Position numbers and translations under genes: made by a program
The notes under the pieces: generated by a model
Databases searched by the model: none
Seen by the model: the letters and a program-made list of their open reading frames with translations, nothing else
Told to the model about the DNA's origin: nothing
Assembly (NCBI GenBank): GCA_011390415.1
Contig: JAABSL010000111.1
Coordinates: 4,925-68,924, forward strand
Origin: Desulfobacteraceae bacterium
Lineage (GTDB): Bacteria; Desulfobacterota; Desulfobacteria; Desulfobacterales; Desulfosalsimonadaceae
Length of the DNA: 64,000 bases
Direction of reading: 5' to 3'
Shown here: positions 48,996-58,173 of the stretch, piece by piece
Numbering within the stretch: the stretch's first letter is position 1
Layout of the letters: each line of letters opens with the position of its first letter

Positions 48996-49991
48996 ATGCC
49001 ATACAAGCTGACCGGTACGTTAATTGCCCTGCTTTTTTATGGATGCCTGCTGAATATTACCGTATTTTTTTTATCCCCCTATCCTGCCTGTGCCCAGTTA
49101 TCAGAACTGAGTGAAATCCAGAACGGCATATTTTTTCTTTCCCATAAGAACATGGGAATCACCTCTGAAACATTTAAAACCGATAAATATATTGATGATG
49201 AACAGGCTGAGTACTTCAGTGAAATTTCAAGACCCAAAATCAATACCCCGGCAGACGGGAATTACCCTTTTACACTCGTCGACCATTACATACTGGATTC
49301 TGATCTGGAAATTCAATATAATTATGATAATATCTTATGCAGTGCTTATCCGCAAAGAGCCTACCTGAGCCGTCACAATATTTCCATAGCAGATTATACA
49401 GACACCAAGGTTCCGCCCACTTATACAATACACAAAATCCGAGGTGAAGATCCTTATACCGGTGAGAAAGTAACTGCCATGCACCTGGAAGTGAATAATT
49501 ATGAAAATTTCGTAGCTGAAATTCTTCAGAAAGCACAAAATACACAGTCATCAGGACAAAGAATAAATGATCTTTCAGGTGCTGAATACGTGCGTGGCTA
49601 TGTAGGCAATACATATGTTCGGGTGAATAGCGCTCAGGTATCCGTATGGCTTCGCTCCACAGACACCGCCTTGATGAAAAGATGCGAACCGCCGGTTAAA
49701 AAGACTGCATGCCTTCACCCTTCTGATATTCGCCCTGAAAAAAAATGGTATATAGTCAAAACTGGCAATATTGGACCATTCCAAACTGGCTGCACCCAAG
49801 ATCTTCCGCTTCGACCAAGAAGCCAATGCTACTACCCTTTACAGCCTGAAAGAAGATCTGCTGCTGCCACAAACTGGAGTTATAATTATAATATCCGAAA
49901 CGCATCTTCATCATCGGAACGGACAACCGCAGCCGTCAATCGTTCTGAAAACGCGCAGAACACTGACTCAACATGCCGGACCTGCAGATAA
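48996..49991 (+). CDS. Hypothetical secreted protein (orphan; 3' part possibly frameshifted)
   Basis: GAGGA RBS. Signal peptide ending ACA-QL. No family recognised. Lies in an AT-rich locus. The last ~80 residues are R/S/T/N-rich and look out of frame. An overlapping +1 ORF at 49771-50037 looks no worse. Confidence 0.4.
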   Translation: MPYKLTGTLIALLFYGCLLNITVFFLSPYPACAQLSELSEIQNGIFFLSHKNMGITSETFKTDKYIDDEQAEYFSEISRPKINTPADGNYPFTLVDHYILDSDLEIQYNYDNILCSAYPQRAYLSRHNISIADYTDTKVPPTYTIHKIRGEDPYTGEKVTAMHLEVNNYENFVAEILQKAQNTQSSGQRINDLSGAEYVRGYVGNTYVRVNSAQVSVWLRSTDTALMKRCEPPVKKTACLHPSDIRPEKKWYIVKTGNIGPFQTGCTQDLPLRPRSQCYYPLQPERRSAAATNWSYNYNIRNASSSSERTTAAVNRSENAQNTDSTCRTCR

Positions 49992-50149
49992 CAACTGCTG
50001 CTGGCATTTTTTTCAATACTTCTCCCATTCAATCTGATTTTCTGATCCCGAAACGCATGAAATATTAAAATTTCGCTTTTGGTTTTTTTTAATACCGTTT
50101 TGCGAATAACAATTAAAGATACTTTGTTTCTAAAAAAAATTTATTTTTA

Positions 50150-50176
50150 TTGACTTTTGCGAAAATGAGTTATAAT
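50150..50176 (+). promoter_or_regulatory. Sigma-70-like promoter upstream of the EF-G paralogue
   Basis: TTGACT (50150-50155) and a perfect TATAAT (50171-50176), but the spacer is only 15 nt. Confidence 0.35.
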
Positions 50177-50253
50177 TTTATAAGATTTATTGATTGTCAT
50201 CAATAACCTGTGGGTTATTAATTTACAAAGTTTTTCATCAAACTGGAATTACC

Positions 50254-52341
50254 ATGAAACCAACAATGCAAAAAGTTCGAAATATCGGCATCAGTGCCCA
50301 TATTGACTCCGGCAAAACGACCTTAACAGAACGTTTTTTATATTTAACCAAAAAAATTCACCGGATTCATGAAGTCCGCGGTAAAGACGGCGTCGGGGCG
50401 ACCATGGATTCCATGGAGCTTGAAAAAGAGCGCGGGATTACCATCGCTTCAGCGGCCACCTACTGTCAGTGGAAAGACCATGAAATCAATATCATTGACA
50501 CACCCGGCCATGTTGACTTTACCATAGAAGTTGAACGGGCGTTGCGCGTCCTGGACGGCGCAATACTGGTGCTCTGCTCAGTTGGCGGGGTCCAGTCCCA
50601 GTCAATAACCGTTGATCAGCAAATGAAGCGGTATAAAGTGCCATGCGTTGCATTTATCAACAAATGCGACAGGAGCGGCGCCGATCCGTTCCGTGTGATT
50701 GATCAGCTGAAAGAGAAACTGAACCACAACGCCGTTGCGGTCCAGATCCCCATCGGTCTTGAAGCGGATTTAAGTGGAATCGTTGATCTCATTGCCATGA
50801 AGGCGGTTTATTTTGACGGCGAATTCGGAGATATTATCCGTACAGAAGATATTCCGGAGTCTTTGATGGAGCTTGCCATGGAAAAACGGGAAGAACTGGT
50901 CGATGCCGCGTCCATCTTTTCTGATGAGCTAACGGAAGCTGTGATTGAAGAAGCGGAGATACCGGAAAGCCTGCTGATTGAAGCCATCCGCACCGGAACC
51001 ATCCAGCAGAAACTGACGCCGGTGGTTATGGGATCCGCTTATAAAAATAAAGGCATTCAGCTGGTTCTGGATGCAGCCAATCATTTTCTTCCCTCACCCA
51101 TGGATGTTGAAAATGAGGCATTGAATTTAGACAAGAATGAAGAGCCCCTTCCCTTAAGCGGCAAAAAAGAGGACCCGCTCGTCGCTCTTGCGTTTAAACT
51201 CGAAGACGGTCAGTTCGGCCAGTTAACCTATATTCGGGTGTATCAGGGAGAACTAAAAAAAGGCGACACCTGTATTAACGTCCGGACCGGCAAAAAAATC
51301 AAAGTCGGCAGAATTGTCATGATGCACGCGGATCAAATGGAAGAGGTCGAAAAAATTGAAGCCGGGTATATCGGTGCGCTATTTGGCGTGGATTGTGTTT
51401 CCGGAGATACATTTACCTCTTCCGGATTAAATGTTTCCATGACCTCCATGCATATACCGGATCCGGTAATTTCGCTGGCCATCAAGGCCAAGAACAATGC
51501 TTCTGAAACCAGCATGGCCAAAGCACTTAACCGGTTCACCAAAGAAGACCCGACGTTTAATACCTTTATCAGCAAAGAGACCGGCGAAACAATTATTTCC
51601 GGCATGGGTGAGCTGCATCTGGAAGTATATATCGAACGCATGAAAAGAGAATACAAAGCGGAAATTATTACCGGAGAACCCAGTGTTTCATACCGGGAAA
51701 CCATCACCGCCGTCACGCCGTTTGATTATACGCATAAAAAACAGACCGGCGGCGCGGGCCAATACGGCCGTATTGCCGGCATTATGGAACCGGTTGCTGA
51801 TGAAGATTTTGTATTTGAAAACAAAATCACCGGAGGTTCAATCCCCACTCAGTATATCCCGGCATGCGAAAAAGGGTTTAAATCCTGCATAGCGAAGGGC
51901 CCATGGATGGAATACCCGGTGACCGGCGTAAAAATCACCATCAATGACGGGGCCGCCCATTCCGTCGATTCTTCAGAAATGGCATTCCAGGCGGCTGCCC
52001 GTGGTGCCTTTCTCCAGGCGTATTATAAGGCCAAACCGGTTCTGCATGAACCGATAATGAAAGTGGTCATTGAATCACCCGCAGAATTTCAGGGAAATGT
52101 GATGGGCTCTCTGAATCAGAGACGCGGCATCATTATCGGCTCCCATGATTTCGGCCAGATTACGACCATCGAAGCCCAGGTTCCGTTATCTGAAATGTTC
52201 GGATATTCGACCACTTTAAGATCAATGACCCAGGGAAAAGCCCAGTTTACAATGGAATTTTCCACTTATAAACAGGTACCCAAAAGCGTTTTGGAAACGC
52301 TTGAAAAAAAAAATGAAAAAAAAACTAGAACCGGCACTTAA
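50254..52341 (+). CDS. Elongation factor G paralogue (mitochondrial/spd-like EF-G)
   Basis: [23 protein letters not shown]...[27 protein letters not shown]...[28 protein letters not shown] closely resembles mitochondrial-type EF-G G domains. It stands alone and is not in an rpsL-rpsG-fusA-tuf operon. ATG 50254 preferred. Confidence 0.9.
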   Translation: MKPTMQKVRNIGISAHIDSGKTTLTERFLYLTKKIHRIHEVRGKDGVGATMDSMELEKERGITIASAATYCQWKDHEINIIDTPGHVDFTIEVERALRVLDGAILVLCSVGGVQSQSITVDQQMKRYKVPCVAFINKCDRSGADPFRVIDQLKEKLNHNAVAVQIPIGLEADLSGIVDLIAMKAVYFDGEFGDIIRTEDIPESLMELAMEKREELVDAASIFSDELTEAVIEEAEIPESLLIEAIRTGTIQQKLTPVVMGSAYKNKGIQLVLDAANHFLPSPMDVENEALNLDKNEEPLPLSGKKEDPLVALAFKLEDGQFGQLTYIRVYQGELKKGDTCINVRTGKKIKVGRIVMMHADQMEEVEKIEAGYIGALFGVDCVSGDTFTSSGLNVSMTSMHIPDPVISLAIKAKNNASETSMAKALNRFTKEDPTFNTFISKETGETIISGMGELHLEVYIERMKREYKAEIITGEPSVSYRETITAVTPFDYTHKKQTGGAGQYGRIAGIMEPVADEDFVFENKITGGSIPTQYIPACEKGFKSCIAKGPWMEYPVTGVKITINDGAAHSVDSSEMAFQAAARGAFLQAYYKAKPVLHEPIMKVVIESPAEFQGNVMGSLNQRRGIIIGSHDFGQITTIEAQVPLSEMFGYSTTLRSMTQGKAQFTMEFSTYKQVPKSVLETLEKKNEKKTRTGT

Positions 52342-52412
52342 TCGATAATTTTTGTAAAAATTGCGGCTAATTCTATTTTTAAATCACAAAATACAGATTT
52401 AAGGACCAATAT

Positions 52413-53126
52413 ATGTTGAAAAAACAGCTTATCCTGAAAGACCCGCTCAGTTTCCTGGGGTATGAAACCGAAGAAACAGAAAAAAAAGGCAGTTTCGGTG
52501 CCGTTACCTCCCGTGCCGGTGTGGGCAAAACCGCATTTTTAGTTCAAATTGCCATCAGCAGCCTGCTTAAGGACAAAAATGTTCTTCATGTCAGCATTCA
52601 GGACCCGGTTGACAAAGTTAATTTATGGTATCAGGAACTTTTTTTAAACCTCACCCGGGATCATGACGTTAAACAATCAAAACAATTATGGGAATCATTG
52701 CTGACCAAACGCTTTATAATGACGTTTGAAACAGAAAGCTTTGATTTTTCAAAGTTGATTTCACGGATTGATGAATTCAGCACCCAAAAGATTTTTATAC
52801 CGCAATTAATCATTTTAGATGGTCTGACTGTGGAAAATTCCATGCAGCCGGAGCTCAATATTTTGAAAGAATATGCAAAAAAAAATAACTTAACAGTCTG
52901 GTTTTCAATCCGTACCCACCGGCATCAGGCCGATGATCCGGTAACGCTGCTCAAACAATTTGATACAGACGACAGTCAGTCCCTTTTTAATATGATCATT
53001 CAGTTAATGCCGTATAAGGATAAAATTCAGGTCAAACGACTTTCGATTGACGGTCAAGTGGACGGCCAGCCGCCCCTCTTAATTGATCCGTCAACAATGA
53101 TGATCAAGGAAACCACTGAAAAATAA
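52413..53126 (+). CDS. Small RecA-superfamily (KaiC/RepA AAA_25-like) P-loop ATPase, function unknown
   Basis: Deviant Walker A SRAGVGKT, Walker B LIILDGL, then a WFSIRTHRH block resembling the HH..K strand of RepA-like ATPases. AAGGA RBS. Sits 71 nt after the EF-G gene. Confidence 0.5.
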   Translation: MLKKQLILKDPLSFLGYETEETEKKGSFGAVTSRAGVGKTAFLVQIAISSLLKDKNVLHVSIQDPVDKVNLWYQELFLNLTRDHDVKQSKQLWESLLTKRFIMTFETESFDFSKLISRIDEFSTQKIFIPQLIILDGLTVENSMQPELNILKEYAKKNNLTVWFSIRTHRHQADDPVTLLKQFDTDDSQSLFNMIIQLMPYKDKIQVKRLSIDGQVDGQPPLLIDPSTMMIKETTEK

Positions 53127-53485
53127 TTCAGTGTCCGCCTTTGCCGACTTGCTTTCAGGAAATTGATTCGATCCAAAAACTTTCTATGGGGCAAGTCGCT
53201 GATCATATAATGAAAAATTTCCTGCCCGTTTATTCAATCCTGCCTGCGTCTATAATCTCCCTGACCACTGTCATGGCAATCAGACCGATTTTATTATAAT
53301 ACCGGGAAAGTTGCGTCTATTAAATTTAATTTATTGTCATTTAACTTAAACAATGTTAACAACTAAAAATGCGAATTTCAGGCCAAACAGTTTTCCCATG
53401 ATAACAATTTTTCAGTGGCATCGGTAACTCCAATACATATAAACCCGGGGTATATAAATCTTCAGTAAAGAGGGAGCGATTTAAA

Positions 53486-54568
53486 ATGAGGCGGAAAAAA
53501 GTAATATTTGTCTTAGCATCCATGTTCTTATTATCAGTTCTTGCCATACCTGGATACTGCAGCGAGAAACCAACATGCGCCGTATTACTTTTCCATCCGG
53601 ACACGGCTTCTTCTAATATTGCTGAAAGTCAAAATTTATCCGGCAATTTTGCTGAGTTGCTGAATCGCCTCGATATGTTTGAAGTCTTTGACTATAATGA
53701 GGTCGCGCAAATTTTAGAACGCAAAAATGCGGCAGACCTTGAACAAAGCTGTACAGATCTGGGATGTGCCCTGAAAATCGGAAATAAGCTCAATGCCGAC
53801 TTTGTGATCTACGGAATCATCGGAAATGTTGGCAGCCTTTTTTCACTGGACACCACCCTTGTCAATGTGGCCGGCGGTAATGAAACTCAACATGCGGTTT
53901 ATGATTTTGAAGGAACACAGGAAGCTTTTGTCGAAAATGCACCGGCTGAGAATATTAAATCCCTCTTCGGTTTGTATGAACTCCCCCCTGCCCCTGAGCC
54001 GACCGTATCTGATGCGGCAGCACCTTCCGCATCAACAGAAACCCAAAATGCGATGAAAAATGCGACTGCGGAACCGGCTGATGAATCCTTATCTGAGACG
54101 GATGAAGCGGATGCACCAATGGCCGAACAACCTAAAAAACTTCGGGTCGGCCCCCGTATTGGAATTGCTGCAAGCAACGACGGTGTTGAATTCGGCGGCG
54201 GATTTGAGGTTCAGTTTTCTAAATTATCGTTTCAATTGTTGCTCAATGGAGACGGCTTTGCCAGCGGATGCTCTTTTTATCTTCACCAGGACGGCAATTC
54301 GCCTTTTGTGTCACTTGTGGGTTCCTACTATGATACGAAAAACCACGGTGTGGATGAAATCGGCCGCATTTATGGACTTTTACTGGGTTACCGATTAGGC
54401 TTTGACACGTTTCTGGAAAAAGATTTTGCCGAAAATATGAATCTTCGAGTCGGCCTCGGCGCCGGATATGTCAACTGGGACCAGACGGAATTAAACAGGG
54501 ATGGGAAAAAAGACAGTGATGAAGAGATTATTCCTGTTTTTGAATTCACACTGGGATATATGTTTTAA
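53486..54568 (+). CDS. Secreted/outer-membrane-like protein: N-terminal alpha/beta domain, acidic Ala/Pro linker, C-terminal beta-rich domain ending in Phe
   Basis: Signal peptide. A Cys pair in SCTDLGCALKIGNKLNADFVIYG (a pattern seen in CsgG/TolB-N-like periplasmic domains). The C-terminal FEFTLGYMF resembles the OMP C-terminal signature. Confidence 0.5.
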   Translation: MRRKKVIFVLASMFLLSVLAIPGYCSEKPTCAVLLFHPDTASSNIAESQNLSGNFAELLNRLDMFEVFDYNEVAQILERKNAADLEQSCTDLGCALKIGNKLNADFVIYGIIGNVGSLFSLDTTLVNVAGGNETQHAVYDFEGTQEAFVENAPAENIKSLFGLYELPPAPEPTVSDAAAPSASTETQNAMKNATAEPADESLSETDEADAPMAEQPKKLRVGPRIGIAASNDGVEFGGGFEVQFSKLSFQLLLNGDGFASGCSFYLHQDGNSPFVSLVGSYYDTKNHGVDEIGRIYGLLLGYRLGFDTFLEKDFAENMNLRVGLGAGYVNWDQTELNRDGKKDSDEEIIPVFEFTLGYMF

Positions 54569-54622
54569 ATACCTTCTTCGTTCTAACGATTCAACACTTG
54601 AATAAAAAATAAAGCCCAAAAA

Positions 54623-54659
54623 ACGTGGGTGTCTGATCAAAGACACCCACGTTTTTTTT
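54623..54659 (+). terminator. Strong Rho-independent terminator
   Basis: 12-bp perfect stem ACGTGGGTGTCT / AGACACCCACGT, a 6-nt loop, and a T8 tract. An upstream A-run makes it potentially bidirectional. Confidence 0.75.
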
Positions 54660-54677
54660 GTTTACCCAAGCAATTGT

Positions 54678-54706
54678 TTGACTTATTTTTATGTATTTAA
54701 TACAAA
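54678..54706 (+). promoter_or_regulatory. Sigma-70-like promoter for the NIL-ferredoxin/mnmA/mtaB operon
   Basis: TTGACT (54678-54683), a 17-nt spacer, then TACAAA (54701-54706). Confidence 0.35.
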
Positions 54707-54776
54707 TTTTAATTTATATCAAACTTGAAAAAAATCCATTAATGCGTTTTTCATGCATGTGACATAGGAGGTTAAC

Positions 54777-55205
54777 TTGTATTCAAAACTGCTCATGCTC
54801 CACTTTCCCAGTCGGGAAGTTGAAAAACCCGTGGTCTGCCATTTGACCAAATATTACGACCTGACTTTTAATATTTTAAAAGCAACCATTCTTCCCCGCA
54901 AAGAAGGAATCATGGTTCTGGAACTTTCCGGCTCCAAAAAAAATTTTAAAAATGCGGTTGAATATCTTAAAGAGCAAGGTGTTATTGTAAAAAACGCCTC
55001 CCAGGAAATAACCCGGGATGAAAGTAAGTGTATCCATTGCGGCGCCTGTACGGCTGTCTGCCCGACAAACGCCCTGGCAATCAGCCGTCCGGATATGTAT
55101 GTTCAGTTTGACAAAAAGAAATGCAGTGTTTGTGAACTTTGCATTTCCACATGCCTGACCCGGGCAATGAAAATTCAACCCACTTCCGAATCACTTTTTG
55201 AATGA
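54777..55205 (+). CDS. NIL-domain protein fused to a 2x[4Fe-4S] ferredoxin domain (methanogen MA1822-like)
   Basis: AGGAGG RBS 5 nt before TTG 54777. The N-terminal NIL-like domain (HLTKYYDLTFNILKATI....G.MVLELSG) is followed by CIHCGACTAVCP and CSVCELCISTC. Confidence 0.8.
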   Translation: MYSKLLMLHFPSREVEKPVVCHLTKYYDLTFNILKATILPRKEGIMVLELSGSKKNFKNAVEYLKEQGVIVKNASQEITRDESKCIHCGACTAVCPTNALAISRPDMYVQFDKKKCSVCELCISTCLTRAMKIQPTSESLFE

Positions 55206-56311
55206 TACCAGACGCTGCAATTGCCATAAGCGGAGGCATTGACTCACTGGTCACTGCTTTTTTGTTAAAAAAAAAGTATAAAAATATTATTGGGCTTCAT
55301 TTTGTTAACGGTTATGAACCCGGCCCGCTTCATGCCTCGGCGCTGCCGGATGCTTTCGGGACAGATTCAGATGCGCCTGTGGTCTTATCCGAGTGCCCGC
55401 CGGGTCATCCGATGCGTCAAATCCAGAACCAGCTTGATATTCCGATCCACCTGGTGGACTGCCGACGGTATTTCCAGCAAACGGTGGTGGATTATTTTGT
55501 CGACAGCTACCGCAACGGCCTGACGCCCAATCCCTGCATGATCTGCAATCCTTTAATTAAATTCGGCATCCTTTTGGATTTGGCGAAAAAACTCGGCGCG
55601 TCAAATTTTGCCACCGGCCACTATGCCCGAATTGATAAGCAAAATGACTCTTATTTTCTGCAAAAAGGGGCCGATCCTTTAAAAGACCAGTCTTATTTTC
55701 TGGCAATGATACCCCAAAAGGTGCTTCCGTTTGTTCGTTTTCCCCTTGGCGCACTCACCAAACAGCAAGTAATTGAAATGGCAGAACATGAAAAATTAAC
55801 ACCGGTGTTAAAAAAAGAAAGCCAGGATGTATGTTTTATTCAAAACAGCAGTTATGCAAAATTTATTTCGGATCAGAATCAATATGTCGGATCTCCGGGA
55901 ATCATAACAGATATCAATGGAAATGAAATCGGCACCCATGGCGGGCTTCACCATTTTACCATCGGACAGCGACGCGGCATCAATTGCCCGGCCAGCGAGC
56001 CCTACTATGTTATAAAAATTGACATGAAACAAAATCGCCTGATTGTGGGCGCGAAAACAGATTTGTATAAAACGGGATTCAAAATGCATCACATCAACTG
56101 GTTTATTCCAAAACCGGCAATCGATCTTGCTGTTCGGGTTAAAATCCGATACCGGCATGAAGCGGTAGAAGCGATTCTGATTCCACCCTCCCCTGATTCC
56201 GGGTCCGCAGTTATCCGGTTTAACGATCCCCAGCCGGCGGTCACCCCCGGACAGGGCGCGGTCTGCTATATTAATGATAAAATAATTGCCGGCGGATGGA
56301 TTGATGAATAA
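55202..56311 (+). CDS. mnmA: tRNA 2-thiouridine(34) synthase MnmA, CxxC (Fe-S type) variant
   Basis: PP-loop AISGGIDS. TPNPCMICN (C112/C115, nt 55535-55546) and SQDVCFI. ATGA overlap with the ferredoxin gene. Confidence 0.9.
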   Translation: MIPDAAIAISGGIDSLVTAFLLKKKYKNIIGLHFVNGYEPGPLHASALPDAFGTDSDAPVVLSECPPGHPMRQIQNQLDIPIHLVDCRRYFQQTVVDYFVDSYRNGLTPNPCMICNPLIKFGILLDLAKKLGASNFATGHYARIDKQNDSYFLQKGADPLKDQSYFLAMIPQKVLPFVRFPLGALTKQQVIEMAEHEKLTPVLKKESQDVCFIQNSSYAKFISDQNQYVGSPGIITDINGNEIGTHGGLHHFTIGQRRGINCPASEPYYVIKIDMKQNRLIVGAKTDLYKTGFKMHHINWFIPKPAIDLAVRVKIRYRHEAVEAILIPPSPDSGSAVIRFNDPQPAVTPGQGAVCYINDKIIAGGWIDE

Positions 56312-57647
56312 ACAGATCCGGAATCCATTTAACGTCGATATGGTCACCCTTGGCTGCAAAGTGAACCAGTTTGAATCCGAATCCATTGACGCTGAATTGC
56401 ACAAACTTCGGACCCCGACCAATAACGGAAGAAAAGCCACCGACATATGCATCATCAATACCTGCACGGTCACCCAGAAAGCCGCTATGCAGTCCCGGCA
56501 GGCGATTCGAAAAGCCATACGCGACAATCCCGATGCCATTATTCTGGCCACAGGATGCTATGCCCAGTCCGACCCCCTGGCATTGCAAAAGATCAAAGGC
56601 CTTGATTATATTATCGGCAACACGGAAAAGCATCGCATTGCTCAGATTATTTCTGAATCGGCATCATTTCAAAAACAACCCGTTCCGATTCTTTTGCATC
56701 ATGAGTTCTGCAATGAAAAAAATCTTCCCAAAACCATCATGCCGGTAATTGACAACAGGACCCGCCCCTTTATCAAAATTCAGGACGGCTGCGACAATTT
56801 TTGTTCATATTGTATTGTACCCTATACCCGGGGGCCCAGCCGCAGTGTTTTGCCGGAAGACGTAATATCCATGATCGGCTCGCTGCCGGCCGCCAAGCGG
56901 CAGGAAATTGTTTTAACCGGCATTCATCTGGGAAAATACGGGCTTGATTTCTCCCCTCCCTGCTCTTTACTAACTCTTTTAAAGCAAATTGAGGGTGCAA
57001 AAACCGTTGGCCGAGTCCGGCTGTCATCCATCGAACCGGTGGAACTGACCGATGATCTTTTAAAATATGCCGCCGGTTCCGACAGCATATGTCATCATTT
57101 TCATATTCCCCTGCAAAGCGGGGATAAATATATTTTAGAAAGAATGAACCGGCCGTATGGTCCTCAGCTGTTTGAAAAATTAGTTAAAAAAATTCACCAG
57201 TCAATTCCGGATGCGGCCATCGGCGTCGACATCATGGTCGGTTTTCCGGGCGAAACCGACGCGGCTTTTGAAAACACCTATGCACTGCTGGCGGCTCTTC
57301 CAGTCACTTATTTTCATGTTTTTCCTTTTTCGTCCCGGCCGGGCACCAAAGCAAGTTCCTTTCCGGATCACGTCAGCCCGGATACTATCAAAGAAAGACG
57401 CAATAAATTATTAGCACTGAGCCGTGCAAAAAAACTTGAATTTTATTCAAAGATGGTTGGTAAGACAGTTGACGTTTTAATTGAAAACAAACGCGAATCC
57501 GCCACACAAAAATTAACCGGCGTCAGTTCAAACTACGTCAGGGTGCTGATTGACGGAGACGATGGTTTAAAAAATAAAATTATACCGTGCCGCATTACAA
57601 AAGCAATAAACCAGGATGCTGTTTATGGCAAACCTTGCCCTGATTGA
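56304..57647 (+). CDS. mtaB: tRNA (t6A37) methylthiotransferase MtaB (MiaB-family radical SAM)
   Basis: N-terminal MTTase domain (TLGCKVNQFES), radical SAM CDNFCSYCIVPYTRG, and a C-terminal TRAM-like domain. No MiaB/RimO-specific features noticed. Overlaps the mnmA stop by 8 nt. Confidence 0.8.
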   Translation: MNKQIRNPFNVDMVTLGCKVNQFESESIDAELHKLRTPTNNGRKATDICIINTCTVTQKAAMQSRQAIRKAIRDNPDAIILATGCYAQSDPLALQKIKGLDYIIGNTEKHRIAQIISESASFQKQPVPILLHHEFCNEKNLPKTIMPVIDNRTRPFIKIQDGCDNFCSYCIVPYTRGPSRSVLPEDVISMIGSLPAAKRQEIVLTGIHLGKYGLDFSPPCSLLTLLKQIEGAKTVGRVRLSSIEPVELTDDLLKYAAGSDSICHHFHIPLQSGDKYILERMNRPYGPQLFEKLVKKIHQSIPDAAIGVDIMVGFPGETDAAFENTYALLAALPVTYFHVFPFSSRPGTKASSFPDHVSPDTIKERRNKLLALSRAKKLEFYSKMVGKTVDVLIENKRESATQKLTGVSSNYVRVLIDGDDGLKNKIIPCRITKAINQDAVYGKPCPD

Positions 57648-57730
57648 TCCTTGCTGCAAATGTAAAAAGTTGCTTATAGTGAAATTTACCGTGCGCTGCT
57701 TTTTTAACCGTTAAACACAAGAGGCCCCAG

Positions 57731-58138
57731 ATGACCCATGAAAAAATAAAAGAAACTGTTTTATTTACCATTTCAGAGCTTGCCGATGAACTGGATATCA
57801 GCACCCGGGCAATCCGATTTTACGAAGAAAAAGGCCTGATCTTACCCAAACGGACAAAAGGGAATCACCGGGTTTATGATAAAAGGGATCGCGCCCGATT
57901 AAAGCTCATACTTCGGGGAAAACGGCTGGGCTATTCCCTTGAAGAAATTTCCGAAATGATCGGTTTGGCCAATTTTAACATGGAAGAAGAACAGCAGTTG
58001 AAAAAAACTTTTGCTTACGGCAAAAAGAAATTGGTCGAAATTGACGAACGCATGCAGGAACTGCAAATTCTCAAAGAAGACCTGCTCGCCATTCAGCAAA
58101 AAATATCCAAGCGCATGGAAGAACTCAAAATCCGATGA
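57731..58138 (+). CDS. MerR family transcriptional regulator (LiuR-like)
   Basis: HTH FTISELADELDISTRAIRFYEEKGLI and a C-terminal coiled coil. Followed by an acyl-CoA gene. Confidence 0.85.
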   Translation: MTHEKIKETVLFTISELADELDISTRAIRFYEEKGLILPKRTKGNHRVYDKRDRARLKLILRGKRLGYSLEEISEMIGLANFNMEEEQQLKKTFAYGKKKLVEIDERMQELQILKEDLLAIQQKISKRMEELKIR

Positions 58139-58173
58139 TGTGAGTCAAATAAGAATTCATAAAATAAGGAAAA

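Noticed and set aside
44260-50253. A genomic island integrated at tRNA-Leu(GAG).
   Set aside because: There is no integrase or recombinase gene, and no direct repeat of the tRNA 3' end could be found by eye in the downstream intergenic regions. Only the 48.7-50.25 kb patch is compositionally odd. This cannot be excluded without a computed repeat search and a GC profile.
53356-53604. An 82-aa minus-strand ORF in the spacer before the outer-membrane-like gene.
   Set aside because: It overlaps the signal-peptide-encoding start of the 53486 gene in antisense, and has no RBS or motif.
55808-56551. A 247-aa minus-strand ORF spanning the mnmA/mtaB junction.
   Set aside because: It is antisense to two well-supported, overlapping genes, and its composition is atypical with no recognisable motif.
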